Shown here piece after piece: positions 21,165 to 31,212 of a stretch of DNA of 64,000 nt. The notes below the pieces were generated by a model that worked only from the letters and a program-made list of their open reading frames with translations, was not told where the DNA came from and searched no databases. Every line of letters starts with the position of its first letter. The stretch's first letter is position 1. The stretch is from Candidatus Gottesmanbacteria bacterium (GTDB lineage Bacteria > Patescibacteriota > Microgenomatia > UBA10105 > UBA927). The position numbers and the translations under genes are program-made. The DNA is taken from positions 57,051 to 121,050 of the forward strand of contig CAIJMI010000005.1 in assembly GCA_903821745.1 (NCBI GenBank). The letters run 5' to 3'.

Positions 21165-22526
21165 ATGAATCTAGATCTTTCCATATTTAAAGATTATGAC
21201 GTTCGGGGTATCTATCCAAATCAAATGAACGGAGACGTTGCAAAACAGATTGCCTACGCAATTATCAGGCAATTTCATCCAAAAACTGTGGCAATCTGTC
21301 GTGATATGCGTCTTTCTGGTGAAGAAATCCGAAACGGGTTTGTTGAAGTTTTTACAAAACTTGGTGTGAATATATTTGATGCGGGACTCGTTGGCACGGA
21401 AATGCAGTATTTTATTGCAGGCACGAAGGATTATGACCTGGTAATCATGATTTCTGCATCCCACAATCCTTCCGAATACAATGGATTTAAGATGGTTTTA
21501 AAAGGTCCTATTGCCGTAACGAGTGACAGCGGTATGTATGCGGTACGAGATTTTATTAAAGACGGACCGCTTCCTGATGCACCGACGGCTGGAACAGTGG
21601 TAAAAATTGACGTATGGGCTGATTGGAAAGCAAAAGTGATGTCGCTTATTGATGTTTCGACATTTAAAAAGATGAATATTGTGGTTGATGCAGGAAACGG
21701 TATGGCCGGAAAAATTGTTGAGGCAATTTTTCCAGGGTTACCGTTTGAGCTAACGCCATTATATTTTGAGCCGGATGGTCATTTTCCTAACCACACACCA
21801 AATCCCTTGATTGCAAAAAATAATGAAATGTTACAAAAAACCATTCTGGAAAAACACGCTGATGTAGGACTGACATTTGATGGAGATGCAGATCGCATGT
21901 TTTTGGTTGATGATAAAGGCAGAATTGTCAGTGGAACCATAACAACGGCCTTGCTTGCCAGATATATTCTCAAAAAGTTTCCGGGCGAAATCATTCTCTA
22001 TAACGCAATTTGCGGTCGGATTGTGCCAAAAATAGTTGCCCAATATGGCGGAAAATCACAACGAGTTCGCGTGGGACACAGCTATATAAAAACCTACATG
22101 CGCGAAACCGGAGCAATTTTCGCAGGTGAACATTCCGGTCATTATTATCACCGGGACTTTTTCCGTGCAGAAAGCGGTATTCTCACTGCACTAATGGTTC
22201 TTTCTCTCCTTGGGGGAGAAACGAAAAAACTATCAGAACTGGTTGATGAACTTGACGTGTATCCTGCAAGCGGAGAAATCAATTTCACAACAGAAAAAAT
22301 TCCGCAGATTATTGAAGCAATTAAAACAGGATTTACGGACGCTGCAAGTAAAGACGAACTTGATGGAATGAGCGTTTGGTATCCGACGTATTGGTTTAAC
22401 GTACGAGCCTCAAAAACCGAGCCGGTAATCCGTTTAAATGTTGAGGCGGACACCAAAGAAATTTTAGACATAAAAACGAAAGAATTAATGGAGTTTATGA
22501 AATCAATGGGAGCAATTGTTAAATGA
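21165..22526 (+). CDS. manB: Phosphomannomutase/phosphoglucomutase
   Basis: SASHNP, FDGDADR, GEHSGH, RASKTEP. Confidence 0.92.
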   Translation: MNLDLSIFKDYDVRGIYPNQMNGDVAKQIAYAIIRQFHPKTVAICRDMRLSGEEIRNGFVEVFTKLGVNIFDAGLVGTEMQYFIAGTKDYDLVIMISASHNPSEYNGFKMVLKGPIAVTSDSGMYAVRDFIKDGPLPDAPTAGTVVKIDVWADWKAKVMSLIDVSTFKKMNIVVDAGNGMAGKIVEAIFPGLPFELTPLYFEPDGHFPNHTPNPLIAKNNEMLQKTILEKHADVGLTFDGDADRMFLVDDKGRIVSGTITTALLARYILKKFPGEIILYNAICGRIVPKIVAQYGGKSQRVRVGHSYIKTYMRETGAIFAGEHSGHYYHRDFFRAESGILTALMVLSLLGGETKKLSELVDELDVYPASGEINFTTEKIPQIIEAIKTGFTDAASKDELDGMSVWYPTYWFNVRASKTEPVIRLNVEADTKEILDIKTKELMEFMKSMGAIVK

Positions 22527-23353
22527 ACGACTCAGCTTTTTATTTAGAATTACAACAACAAGCCGAACGAATTGTCGAACAAGCCGCTAAAATTCTTGTG
22601 GCTAACGAACAATCGTTTACTATCGCGACACAAAAAGATATAGTGGATGTTGCAACAAGCGCTGACGTAGAAGTTGAAAAATACATTAAATCAGAAGTGA
22701 GGAAACTGTATACCAGTCATGGGTTTTATGGTGAAGAATTCGGTAAGGAAAATGCAGATGCAAAATATATCTGGATCATCGATCCGCTGGATGGAACAAA
22801 AGATTACGTTCGAGGAATGGGTCAATATAACTCATTAATTGCGGTAGAAGAGGATAAAAAACTTGTTGCAGGTGTGATTCGTCGCATCGGTCATAATCAA
22901 TTATTCAGTAGTTCCTTGGGGAACGGCGCATTCCGGGATAAAATAAATCGATTAACGGTTTCAAAAACGGATAAACTCGACGTGGCATTTATCGGTTCGA
23001 ATATAATGACAAAAGCAAAACAAACGCCGGAAGTCATGGATACATATCTGCGTTTGTTTAAACAGTTTATGTTATCTGCCTATCGGTTACGAACTCTTTG
23101 GGATGATTCACGATTGATAAGTTGGGTAGCACAAGGTTCTATTGATGCCACTCTTTGCTTACCCAATAGTCTTAAATGGTTTGACGTTGCGCCGGCAATT
23201 CTTCTTGCTGAAGAAGCGGGTGCCAAAGTAACAAACTGGAAAGGTGAACCAATAATTAATCATGATCTTTCTGAGGGAATTCTCGTTTCAAATGGAATAC
23301 TTCACGAACAATTACTAACCATTATACAAAAGGAGATTTATGCAAAATCTTGA
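22523..23353 (+). CDS. Inositol monophosphatase family protein (possible FBPase)
   Basis: GEE, WIIDPLDGT, WFDVAPA..L.EEAG. Confidence 0.85.
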   Translation: MNDSAFYLELQQQAERIVEQAAKILVANEQSFTIATQKDIVDVATSADVEVEKYIKSEVRKLYTSHGFYGEEFGKENADAKYIWIIDPLDGTKDYVRGMGQYNSLIAVEEDKKLVAGVIRRIGHNQLFSSSLGNGAFRDKINRLTVSKTDKLDVAFIGSNIMTKAKQTPEVMDTYLRLFKQFMLSAYRLRTLWDDSRLISWVAQGSIDATLCLPNSLKWFDVAPAILLAEEAGAKVTNWKGEPIINHDLSEGILVSNGILHEQLLTIIQKEIYAKS

Positions 23354-24410
23354 TGACAACAATGCAATTACAGCGTTAGATCCCTCAAATGTGTTTGGAT
23401 CTATCGGGATGTTTCCTGATCAATGTGAAGCTTCATGGAAAGAAGCCTCAGGTGTTGTTTTTCCTGAAGAGTATAAAAAAGTAAAAAATATTGTTGTCTG
23501 TGGAATGGGCGGTTCACGCTTTACTCCACGAACGGTGAAAGAATTATTCCAAGAAAAAATTACCATTCCTTACGAAATAATCGACGGCTATGATATTCCA
23601 GGATACGTAAATAGCGAGACACTCGTTATCTTATCTTCCTATTCGGGAACAACGGAGGAAGTTATATCCTGTGGCAAACAAGCGTTAGAAAAAAAGGCAA
23701 AAGTAGCGGGCATTGCATTTGGTGGGGCAATAATTGATCTTCTCAAGACCAATAATTTACCACACTATCAATTTGACGCAAAGAAAAATCCTTGTGGTCA
23801 ACCACGAGTTGGTGGTGGATATTTGCTCATGGCGCACATGGCGTTTTTAAAAAACCTTGGGTTTTTGGTGCTGACAAACGAAGAGGTAGATAAGGCAATT
23901 GCATTTAGTAGAGAGGCCGGCGCAAAAATGAATGGCATGGTCGTAACAACAAATAATCAGGCAAAACAACTTGCCATTGAACTTAAAGAAAAGCATGTCT
24001 TTTTTGTTGCTGCAGAATTTATGCGCGGTTTTGTAAACGGATTTGCCAACCAAATGAATGAGACGGCAAAAAATATATCTGATTTTCGGTATATTCCGGA
24101 GCTTAATCACCATTTACTTGAAGGTCTCAAACATCCGGAAACCCTCCATCAAAATGGGATTTTTGTTTTTCTTGAGTCGTCGCTCTATAGTCCGAAAATT
24201 CAAAAACGGTTTGCAATAACGAAAGATGTGGTCGGGCAACAGCATGTGCAAACAAAATCAGTGTTGTTTACGGGATCTGATAAACTTTCTCAAGTTTTGG
24301 AAGGCTATGTGCTTGCAGGATATGCAACGTTCTACCTTGCGATGCTTTATGATACTGACCCCGTAGCAATTCCGTGGGTTGATTATTTCAAAGCCCAGCT
24401 TGCAAAATGA
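23340..24410 (+). CDS. Bifunctional phosphoglucose/phosphomannose isomerase (SIS)
   Basis: CGMGGS, SYSGTTEE, QPR, NETAK, PELNH. Confidence 0.9.
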   Translation: MQNLDDNNAITALDPSNVFGSIGMFPDQCEASWKEASGVVFPEEYKKVKNIVVCGMGGSRFTPRTVKELFQEKITIPYEIIDGYDIPGYVNSETLVILSSYSGTTEEVISCGKQALEKKAKVAGIAFGGAIIDLLKTNNLPHYQFDAKKNPCGQPRVGGGYLLMAHMAFLKNLGFLVLTNEEVDKAIAFSREAGAKMNGMVVTTNNQAKQLAIELKEKHVFFVAAEFMRGFVNGFANQMNETAKNISDFRYIPELNHHLLEGLKHPETLHQNGIFVFLESSLYSPKIQKRFAITKDVVGQQHVQTKSVLFTGSDKLSQVLEGYVLAGYATFYLAMLYDTDPVAIPWVDYFKAQLAK

Positions 24411-24455
24411 GGAAGCCCTCTTGCACGAATTGAAAATATTCTCCATACTGAATAT

Positions 24456-26723
24456 ATGGCGAAAAAATTCGTTGTATGGTTTCGTGATGTAGGAAAAGAA
24501 GATATTCCGCTCGTTGGTGGGAAAGGTGCAAATTTAGGTGAAATGACAAAGGCGGGTTTTCCTGTTCCCAATGGATTTATCGTTACAGCTGATGCCTATC
24601 ATCAGTTTCTTGACGAGAATCATTTGCGGGATAAAATCGTATCCATTATAGAAGGCCTCAATGTTGAATCATCCAAGGACCTTGAAAAGGCATCAAAGGA
24701 AGTACGTTTTGTCATTGAACACGCGCCTATTCCAAAAGCAATTGCACAAAAAATATTTCAGGCGTATTTTCAACTCGAAAAAGGGATTTTTAAACATCCG
24801 CTCGTGGCTGTTCGATCATCAGCAACAGCCGAAGACCTTCCAAATGCCTCATTTGCAGGCCAGCAAGAAACATTTTTAAATGTGAAGGGCGAAGCAAATC
24901 TTCTGGAAAAAATTCGGGAATGTTGGGCATCACTCTTTACCGCTCGAGCAATTTTTTACCGACAGACAAATCATTTTGATCATTTTCGTGTTGGAATAGC
25001 TGTTCCTGTTCAAAAAATGGTCGAATCAGACAACTCCGGCATCATGTTTACCATTGATCCCGTAACGAATAACAAAGAGCACGTTGTTATTGAAGCAATT
25101 TATGGTCTTGGAGAAATGATTGTACAGGGTATGGTGACACCAGATCATTATGAAGTAGACAAAAAATCAAATGATATCATTAAGAAAATTGCCAAAACAC
25201 AGGAAAAGATGATGCTTCGAAAGGATGGAAAAAACGTAATTATTCCGCTTTTAAAAAAAACCGGAGAAAAAATAAAACTCACCGATAAACAGATACTTAC
25301 ACTTGCCACTCTTGGAAAACAATTAGAAAAGCATTATTACTTCCCGCAGGACAGTGAATGGGCGATTGAGAAGAACAAAGTTTATATTGTTCAAACCCGT
25401 CCGGTAACAACAATCGGCATGAAGTCGGAAAACGCATCTTCATCAACGGTGAAAGAACAGGATGTCATTGCCCAAGGTGATCCAGCAAGTCCAGGTATTT
25501 CATCAGGACCCGTAAAAATTCTCTCAAGTGCCAAGGAAATTGGAAAAATTATGCACGGTGACATTCTTGTTGCCGAACAAACAAATCCCGATTATGTGCC
25601 AGCAATGAAAAAAGCTACAGCAATTGTAACCGAACGCGGAGGTCGAACATCTCATGCAGCCATTGTTTCCCGCGAGCTTGGAATTCCAGCAGTTGTCGGA
25701 ACAGAAGGAATCATGAAAAGTGTAAAAGACGGCATGGTTATAACGGTTAACGGTTCAACCGGCGTTATTTCCAAAGGTGCACTGACTGCCAGTTCCTTAA
25801 AAGTTCCGGTTACACAAATGAAACATATTAAAACTGCGACAAAAGTATATGTCAATCTTGCAGAACCCGAACGGGCAGCAGCAATTGCAAGAATGGATGT
25901 TGACGGCGTCGGACTTTTACGGGCTGAATTTATGATTGCAGGTATCGGAACGCACCCAAAAAAATTAATTGCTGACCACAAAGAACATATTTTTATCGAC
26001 ACGCTTGCAGATCAGCTGGCAACATTTTGTAAAGCATTTTCTCCGAGGCCTGTTATTTATCGTGCAACAGATTTTAAAACAAATGAATACCGAAGCCTAA
26101 AAGGTGGAAATCTCTATGAACCAGAAGAATCCAATCCCATGCTTGGCTTTCGAGGAGCTGCACGGTATGTTGCTGATCAGCGCGTATTTGAAATGGAACT
26201 TGCTGCCATTAAGCAAGTACGAAATAAGCACAACTTAAAAAACCTTTGGTTCATGGTTCCTTTTGTCAGGACGCCGCAAGAGCTGTTGAAAATTAAACAA
26301 ATTATGGCCGCAAATGGGCTCACAAGGTCGTCAAATTTTAAATTATTCTTAATGGTAGAAATTCCAACCAATGTCATAAGATTAGACGATTTCTTGGATG
26401 TTGGCGTTGATGGCGTCTCCATTGGATCAAACGATTTAACTATGCTTATAATGGGAACTGACCGCGATAATAGCGAAGTTGCCAAAGAATTCAACGAACA
26501 GGATCCCTCCGTCTTATGGGCCTTCGAAAAAACAATCAAAACCTGTATTAAACGAAATGTGACGGTGTCCATATGCGGTCAGGCCCCTTCAGATTATCCT
26601 GACTTGGTTGAAAAATTAGTATCTTGGGGTATAACTAGTGTTTCACTTAATCCCGATGCAGTTGAGCACGTTCGAGAAATAATTGCCCATGTAGAAAAAA
26701 GACTGGTAACAAAAACAAAATAA
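24456..26723 (+). CDS. ppsA: Phosphoenolpyruvate synthase
   Basis: VGGKGANLGEM, SFAGQQET, GGRTSHAAIVSRE, SIGSNDLT. Confidence 0.96.
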   Translation: MAKKFVVWFRDVGKEDIPLVGGKGANLGEMTKAGFPVPNGFIVTADAYHQFLDENHLRDKIVSIIEGLNVESSKDLEKASKEVRFVIEHAPIPKAIAQKIFQAYFQLEKGIFKHPLVAVRSSATAEDLPNASFAGQQETFLNVKGEANLLEKIRECWASLFTARAIFYRQTNHFDHFRVGIAVPVQKMVESDNSGIMFTIDPVTNNKEHVVIEAIYGLGEMIVQGMVTPDHYEVDKKSNDIIKKIAKTQEKMMLRKDGKNVIIPLLKKTGEKIKLTDKQILTLATLGKQLEKHYYFPQDSEWAIEKNKVYIVQTRPVTTIGMKSENASSSTVKEQDVIAQGDPASPGISSGPVKILSSAKEIGKIMHGDILVAEQTNPDYVPAMKKATAIVTERGGRTSHAAIVSRELGIPAVVGTEGIMKSVKDGMVITVNGSTGVISKGALTASSLKVPVTQMKHIKTATKVYVNLAEPERAAAIARMDVDGVGLLRAEFMIAGIGTHPKKLIADHKEHIFIDTLADQLATFCKAFSPRPVIYRATDFKTNEYRSLKGGNLYEPEESNPMLGFRGAARYVADQRVFEMELAAIKQVRNKHNLKNLWFMVPFVRTPQELLKIKQIMAANGLTRSSNFKLFLMVEIPTNVIRLDDFLDVGVDGVSIGSNDLTMLIMGTDRDNSEVAKEFNEQDPSVLWAFEKTIKTCIKRNVTVSICGQAPSDYPDLVEKLVSWGITSVSLNPDAVEHVREIIAHVEKRLVTKTK

Positions 26724-26729
26724 TGTTTT

Positions 26730-28010
26730 ATGGCGCAACCTGCCGATACAACTATCTATGGAATATATGCTCGGGAAATAATTAATTCTCGTGCAACCCC
26801 AACGCTCGAAGCAACAGTTATACTGCAAAGCGGCTATCGTGGAACTGCATCGGTATCAACAGGAATGGCAATTGGCAAATTTGACTGCCAGGAACTTCGT
26901 GATGATGACCAAAATCGTTTTGACGGGTTTGGGGTAAAAAATGCAGTGAATCTTATCAATGCGACAATTTCAAATGCTCTTCGCGGCAAGCCCGCAGATG
27001 ATCAATCTCTCATTGATAAAACGATGATTGAGCTTGATGGAACGCCGAATAAATCTAAACTTGGTGCAAATACCCTATTGACCGTATCCCATGCTGTTGC
27101 GGTAGCGGCTGCAAATGCACGTCTTACGCCGCTTTATACATATTTAAATGCAATGTACACACAATATCACCAAACTGAAGTGAAACGTATTCCAACGCCA
27201 ATTTTTAATATTGTTAATGGTGGCAAACATGGTGCAGGAAATTTAAATTTTCAGGAGTTCCAAATTATTCCAGCATCAAATAAAACATTTCCTGAAAGTT
27301 ACCAAATGGGTGTTGAAATTTATAGAGCAACGCAAAAAATACTCGCATTTCGGAATGCAGGTCAATCTGTTGGAGATGAAGGTGGTTTTACACCCAATCT
27401 ATTTACTAATACTGATGCTATTGAAATCGTACTTGAAGCAATAAAATCATCAACGTATCAATTTGGGATTGACACATTTTTAGGACTTGACCTTGCAGCC
27501 ACACTTTTTAAAACAGACCAAGGATATCTTATTAAAGATCGAGCTGCCGCCTACACCACAAAAGACTTTATTCAATATTTAAAAGACATTCATGCAAAAT
27601 ATAGAATATTGTATTTGGAAGATCCGCTTGAGGAAAATGACTGGTTCGGTTGGACCGCCATTACAAAAGAGATGGATAAAGATACCCTTATTGCAGCTGA
27701 TGATCTCATTGCGACAAATAAAACACGTCTTGAACGAGCAATACGGGAAAAGGCCTGTTCGGCAATTTTAATTAAACCAAATCGTATTGGAACATTGTCT
27801 GAAGTGTTTGATGTGATTGCCCTTGCCAAAAAAAATGACATGAAATGTATTATCTCCCATAGGTCGGGTGAAACAAACGATACATTTCTCGCTGACCTAG
27901 GCGTTGCGGTTCAGGCAGACTACGTGAAATTTGGTGCCCCAGCCCGTGGTGAGCGGGTTGCCAAATACAACAGATTGCTTGAAATTTCAACACAACTTTT
28001 TACGAAATAA
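26730..28010 (+). CDS. eno: Enolase
   Basis: NGGKH, FQEF, GDEGG, LEDP, SHRSGET, ERVAKYN. Confidence 0.92.
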   Translation: MAQPADTTIYGIYAREIINSRATPTLEATVILQSGYRGTASVSTGMAIGKFDCQELRDDDQNRFDGFGVKNAVNLINATISNALRGKPADDQSLIDKTMIELDGTPNKSKLGANTLLTVSHAVAVAAANARLTPLYTYLNAMYTQYHQTEVKRIPTPIFNIVNGGKHGAGNLNFQEFQIIPASNKTFPESYQMGVEIYRATQKILAFRNAGQSVGDEGGFTPNLFTNTDAIEIVLEAIKSSTYQFGIDTFLGLDLAATLFKTDQGYLIKDRAAAYTTKDFIQYLKDIHAKYRILYLEDPLEENDWFGWTAITKEMDKDTLIAADDLIATNKTRLERAIREKACSAILIKPNRIGTLSEVFDVIALAKKNDMKCIISHRSGETNDTFLADLGVAVQADYVKFGAPARGERVAKYNRLLEISTQLFTK

Positions 28011-28011
28011 T

Positions 28012-28767
28012 ATGACAGATCGATCGATCATCATGAAAAAAAATAAAGTATTTTTGCTTGCCTATGACCAAGGGTTTGAACACGGTCCGACCGATTTTAA
28101 TGAAAAAAATGTTGATCCAGAATTTGTTTTAAACATTGCGCGAAAATCCAATGTCTATACCGGAATTATTTTTCATGAAGGTATTGCAGAGAGCTACTAT
28201 GACCCAAAAGTTGAAAAAACGCCGCTTATTATTAAACTCAATGGAAAAACATCATTCCATAAAGATGAGGAACCATATAGTCCGCAGCTTTGCACGATCA
28301 AAGAAGCGATACGATTGGGGGCAAAGGCAGTCGGGTACACCATATATATAGGAAGTGAGCACGAAGCCACCATGATGAAGGAGTTTAGCCAAATTGAAGA
28401 TGAAGCGCACGCGGCAGGACTTGTCGTCATATTGTGGGCATATCCACGGGGAAAAAATGTTGCAGGACGGGAAAATACCCGCGAAACGCTTTCCTATGCA
28501 GCACGGCTTGGATTAGAACTAGGTGCTGATTTTGTAAAGTTGCCCTACACAGGTGACAAAGACTCATTTCGGTGGGTTGTCGAGTCAGCTGGGAAAACCG
28601 GGGTACTTGTTCAGGGTGGAGCCAAAAAAACAGAAGAAGAATTTTTGCAGGAAATCCGGGAATGTATATCCATTGGCGTTGCAGGATTTGCGGTTGGGCG
28701 AAATATTTGGCAATCAGATGACCCAGTTGAGTTGTCAAAAAAGGTAGCGGCAATACTATATGGATAA
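28012..28767 (+). CDS. Class I (DhnA-type) fructose-bisphosphate aldolase
   Basis: YDQGFEHGP, WAYPRG, ELGADFVK, AVGRNIWQ; start reset to ATG 28012. Confidence 0.9.
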   Translation: MTDRSIIMKKNKVFLLAYDQGFEHGPTDFNEKNVDPEFVLNIARKSNVYTGIIFHEGIAESYYDPKVEKTPLIIKLNGKTSFHKDEEPYSPQLCTIKEAIRLGAKAVGYTIYIGSEHEATMMKEFSQIEDEAHAAGLVVILWAYPRGKNVAGRENTRETLSYAARLGLELGADFVKLPYTGDKDSFRWVVESAGKTGVLVQGGAKKTEEEFLQEIRECISIGVAGFAVGRNIWQSDDPVELSKKVAAILYG

Positions 28768-29752
28768 AACAACAGTTCTTGTTATCGGAGATGTTGCCTT
28801 TGATGTCTTTATGGCACCTCAAATAGGTGAGACGCTTCCACAAATGAGGGCGGAGGAAAAATACATCTGTTTTCCATATGGTGACAAGATTCCCGTTGAA
28901 CATCTCGAATCATTTCCAGGAGGTAACGCGACAAATGTTTCCATTGGGCTACAACGTTTGGATATTCCATCTACAATTCTAACCACAATTGGAACGGATA
29001 ATATCAGTAAAGTTATTTTTGGGGAATTGCAACATGAAGATGTTGGCATGGAGTATGTAACGGTACAGGCTGGTATTTCATCAAATTATTCGACGATTAT
29101 TTCCTATCAGGGTGAACGAACAATTTTTACATATCATGCTCCCAAAAAATACGTCTATGAAAAAATTGACCCCCTACCTCCCTATATCTACCTTACATCA
29201 ATGGGTGAACGATTTCTACCTTACTATCAGGAACTCATAAATCATCTCATTGAATCACCAAAGATCATTCTTATGTTTAATCCCGGAAGCCTACAAAAAC
29301 GTGCACCAATTGAAGACATACATATGGTCCTGAAACGAACAAATATTCTGTTTGTCAATCGTGAAGAAGCAGAAACGTTTAGTGAAGTATCAAACAGTGA
29401 AGGGAAGGAAAAGGAAATATTGCAGGTGCTCCAAAAACTTGGGCCAAAAACAGTCATCATGACGGACAATGAAAAAGGCGTTTATGGGACAGATGGAACA
29501 CACTATGTCCATATGTCCATAATTCCTGTAACAGTCCTTGAAAAAACCGGCGCAGGAGATTCCTTTAATTCCGGATTTATTGCAGCAATATTGAAGGGGT
29601 TATCATTTGAAAAAGCACTCCAATGGGGCACCATGAATGCAGCCTCCGTTATTGGGTATGTTGGAGCACAAAAAGGGCTACTGCATACAAAGGATATTGA
29701 CTCCTGGTCCCGAATGTTTGATAACGCGAAAGTAACCACCGAAGAGTTATAA
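28760..29752 (+). CDS. PfkB/ribokinase-family carbohydrate kinase
   Basis: GGNATN, NREEA, TGAGDSFNSG. Confidence 0.9.
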   Translation: MDKTTVLVIGDVAFDVFMAPQIGETLPQMRAEEKYICFPYGDKIPVEHLESFPGGNATNVSIGLQRLDIPSTILTTIGTDNISKVIFGELQHEDVGMEYVTVQAGISSNYSTIISYQGERTIFTYHAPKKYVYEKIDPLPPYIYLTSMGERFLPYYQELINHLIESPKIILMFNPGSLQKRAPIEDIHMVLKRTNILFVNREEAETFSEVSNSEGKEKEILQVLQKLGPKTVIMTDNEKGVYGTDGTHYVHMSIIPVTVLEKTGAGDSFNSGFIAAILKGLSFEKALQWGTMNAASVIGYVGAQKGLLHTKDIDSWSRMFDNAKVTTEEL

Positions 29753-29756
29753 ATAG

Positions 29757-30440
29757 TTAAAATATAACAACTAACTCACCTTTTACATCATTCAGTCTTT
29801 CTTTTGCCTCTTTTATTGTACCTCTCCAGGCATTTTCATGAACTTTCGTGAGTTCTCGAATAATGGCGATCTGCTTTGACAGGCCAAATACTGATTCGAT
29901 ATCAAGTAGAGTTTGGCTAAGCTTATGCGGAGCGCAATAGGAAACAACGGTATTGCCTGCTGTTTTTAATTCTTCGAGAAGTTTCATACGGTGTCCCTGT
30001 TTTTCAGGCAAATACCCGACGAAAGTCCAATGATTCACCGGAAATCCGGAAAGCTGTAACGCAGGAAGTATTGCGGATGCCCCTAGAACCGGTGTTACTA
30101 AAATATTTCTTTTTATTGCTGCCTCTACAAGCCGATAGCCAGGATCGGAAATCATTGGGGTCCCTGCGTCTGAAACAAGCGTAATTGAAGTACCATTTTT
30201 AAGAAATCCGATAAGTTCTGGAACAAGTTTTTCTTCATTCTTATCGTGATATGCAATGAGTTTTGGTGTGATATCGCCAACATACGTTGGAAATCGCTCT
30301 TTTAAAATGGCCAAGAGCTGTCCTGTTTGTCTGGTATCTTCACATGCGATAATTTCAGACGAAAAAATAGTTTTTAATGCACGAATGGAAATATCATCAA
30401 TATTCCCAATAGGTGTGGAGACAAGAAATAAGGTTGCCAT
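29757..30440 (-). CDS. rsmI: 16S rRNA C1402 2'-O-methyltransferase
   Basis: TPIGN..DIS.RA, CEDTR, SDAGTPMISDPG, RELTKVHE. Confidence 0.95.
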   Translation of the reverse strand: MATLFLVSTPIGNIDDISIRALKTIFSSEIIACEDTRQTGQLLAILKERFPTYVGDITPKLIAYHDKNEEKLVPELIGFLKNGTSITLVSDAGTPMISDPGYRLVEAAIKRNILVTPVLGASAILPALQLSGFPVNHWTFVGYLPEKQGHRMKLLEELKTAGNTVVSYCAPHKLSQTLLDIESVFGLSKQIAIIRELTKVHENAWRGTIKEAKERLNDVKGELVVIF

Positions 30441-30457
30441 AGACGTATTATACGCGT

Positions 30458-31087
30458 TTAGGAGACAGAATAGCGGCGTATGACCCCGACCACACGTCCT
30501 TGTATTTTTACGTGGGTGGTAAAAATAGGAGACATGGTGGAATTAGCCGGCATCAGTTTGATTCGATCTTTTTCAAAATAAATGCGTTTAAGTGTCGCAA
30601 ATCCATTCGGAAGAAGGGCAACAACAATATCTCCATTCTTTGCGTCCTGTTGGTGCTGTACAACAACGTAATCTCCATCAAGGATTCCGTCATCAATCAT
30701 GGATGTTCCTTTGACCTGCAACACGTAATTAGCCTTTTCTTGGGAAATCATTCCTGGTGCAACAGCCATGTACTGATTAGGGTCTGTAAATGGCTCCAAT
30801 GGTTGCCCTGCGGCAATGTAGCCTAGGATTGGTAACTCTACTGCAGCTTCGGTTGACCCAACACGGTATTGCTCTTTGACTACTTCAATACCGCGAGCCG
30901 TACCATCAAGTTTTCTGACAAAGCCTTTATCTCGAAGACGGCTAATGTGTTCATGCACCGTTGCAACCGATCCAATACCGACAGATGCACCCATTTCTTT
31001 GAGTGTTGGTGCATACCCATACCGTTGAATGAATTGCGTGATAAACTCTAAGAGTTGACGTTCTTTCGGATATAATGTTGCAGTCAT
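30458..31087 (-). CDS. lexA: SOS repressor LexA
   Basis: N-terminal wHTH, IAAG cleavage site, GTSM serine, TLKR lysine. Confidence 0.95.
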   Translation of the reverse strand: MTATLYPKERQLLEFITQFIQRYGYAPTLKEMGASVGIGSVATVHEHISRLRDKGFVRKLDGTARGIEVVKEQYRVGSTEAAVELPILGYIAAGQPLEPFTDPNQYMAVAPGMISQEKANYVLQVKGTSMIDDGILDGDYVVVQHQQDAKNGDIVVALLPNGFATLKRIYFEKDRIKLMPANSTMSPIFTTHVKIQGRVVGVIRRYSVS

Positions 31088-31212
31088 ATATTAAATAAAA
31101 ACCGAATGTGTGTTACTATTAATGGTAGTATTTCATACAAAACACGAACCGTCAATAGTATTTATTATAAACAAACCGTATCAAATTTGACAAAGACCGA
31201 ACAGAAAACCAT

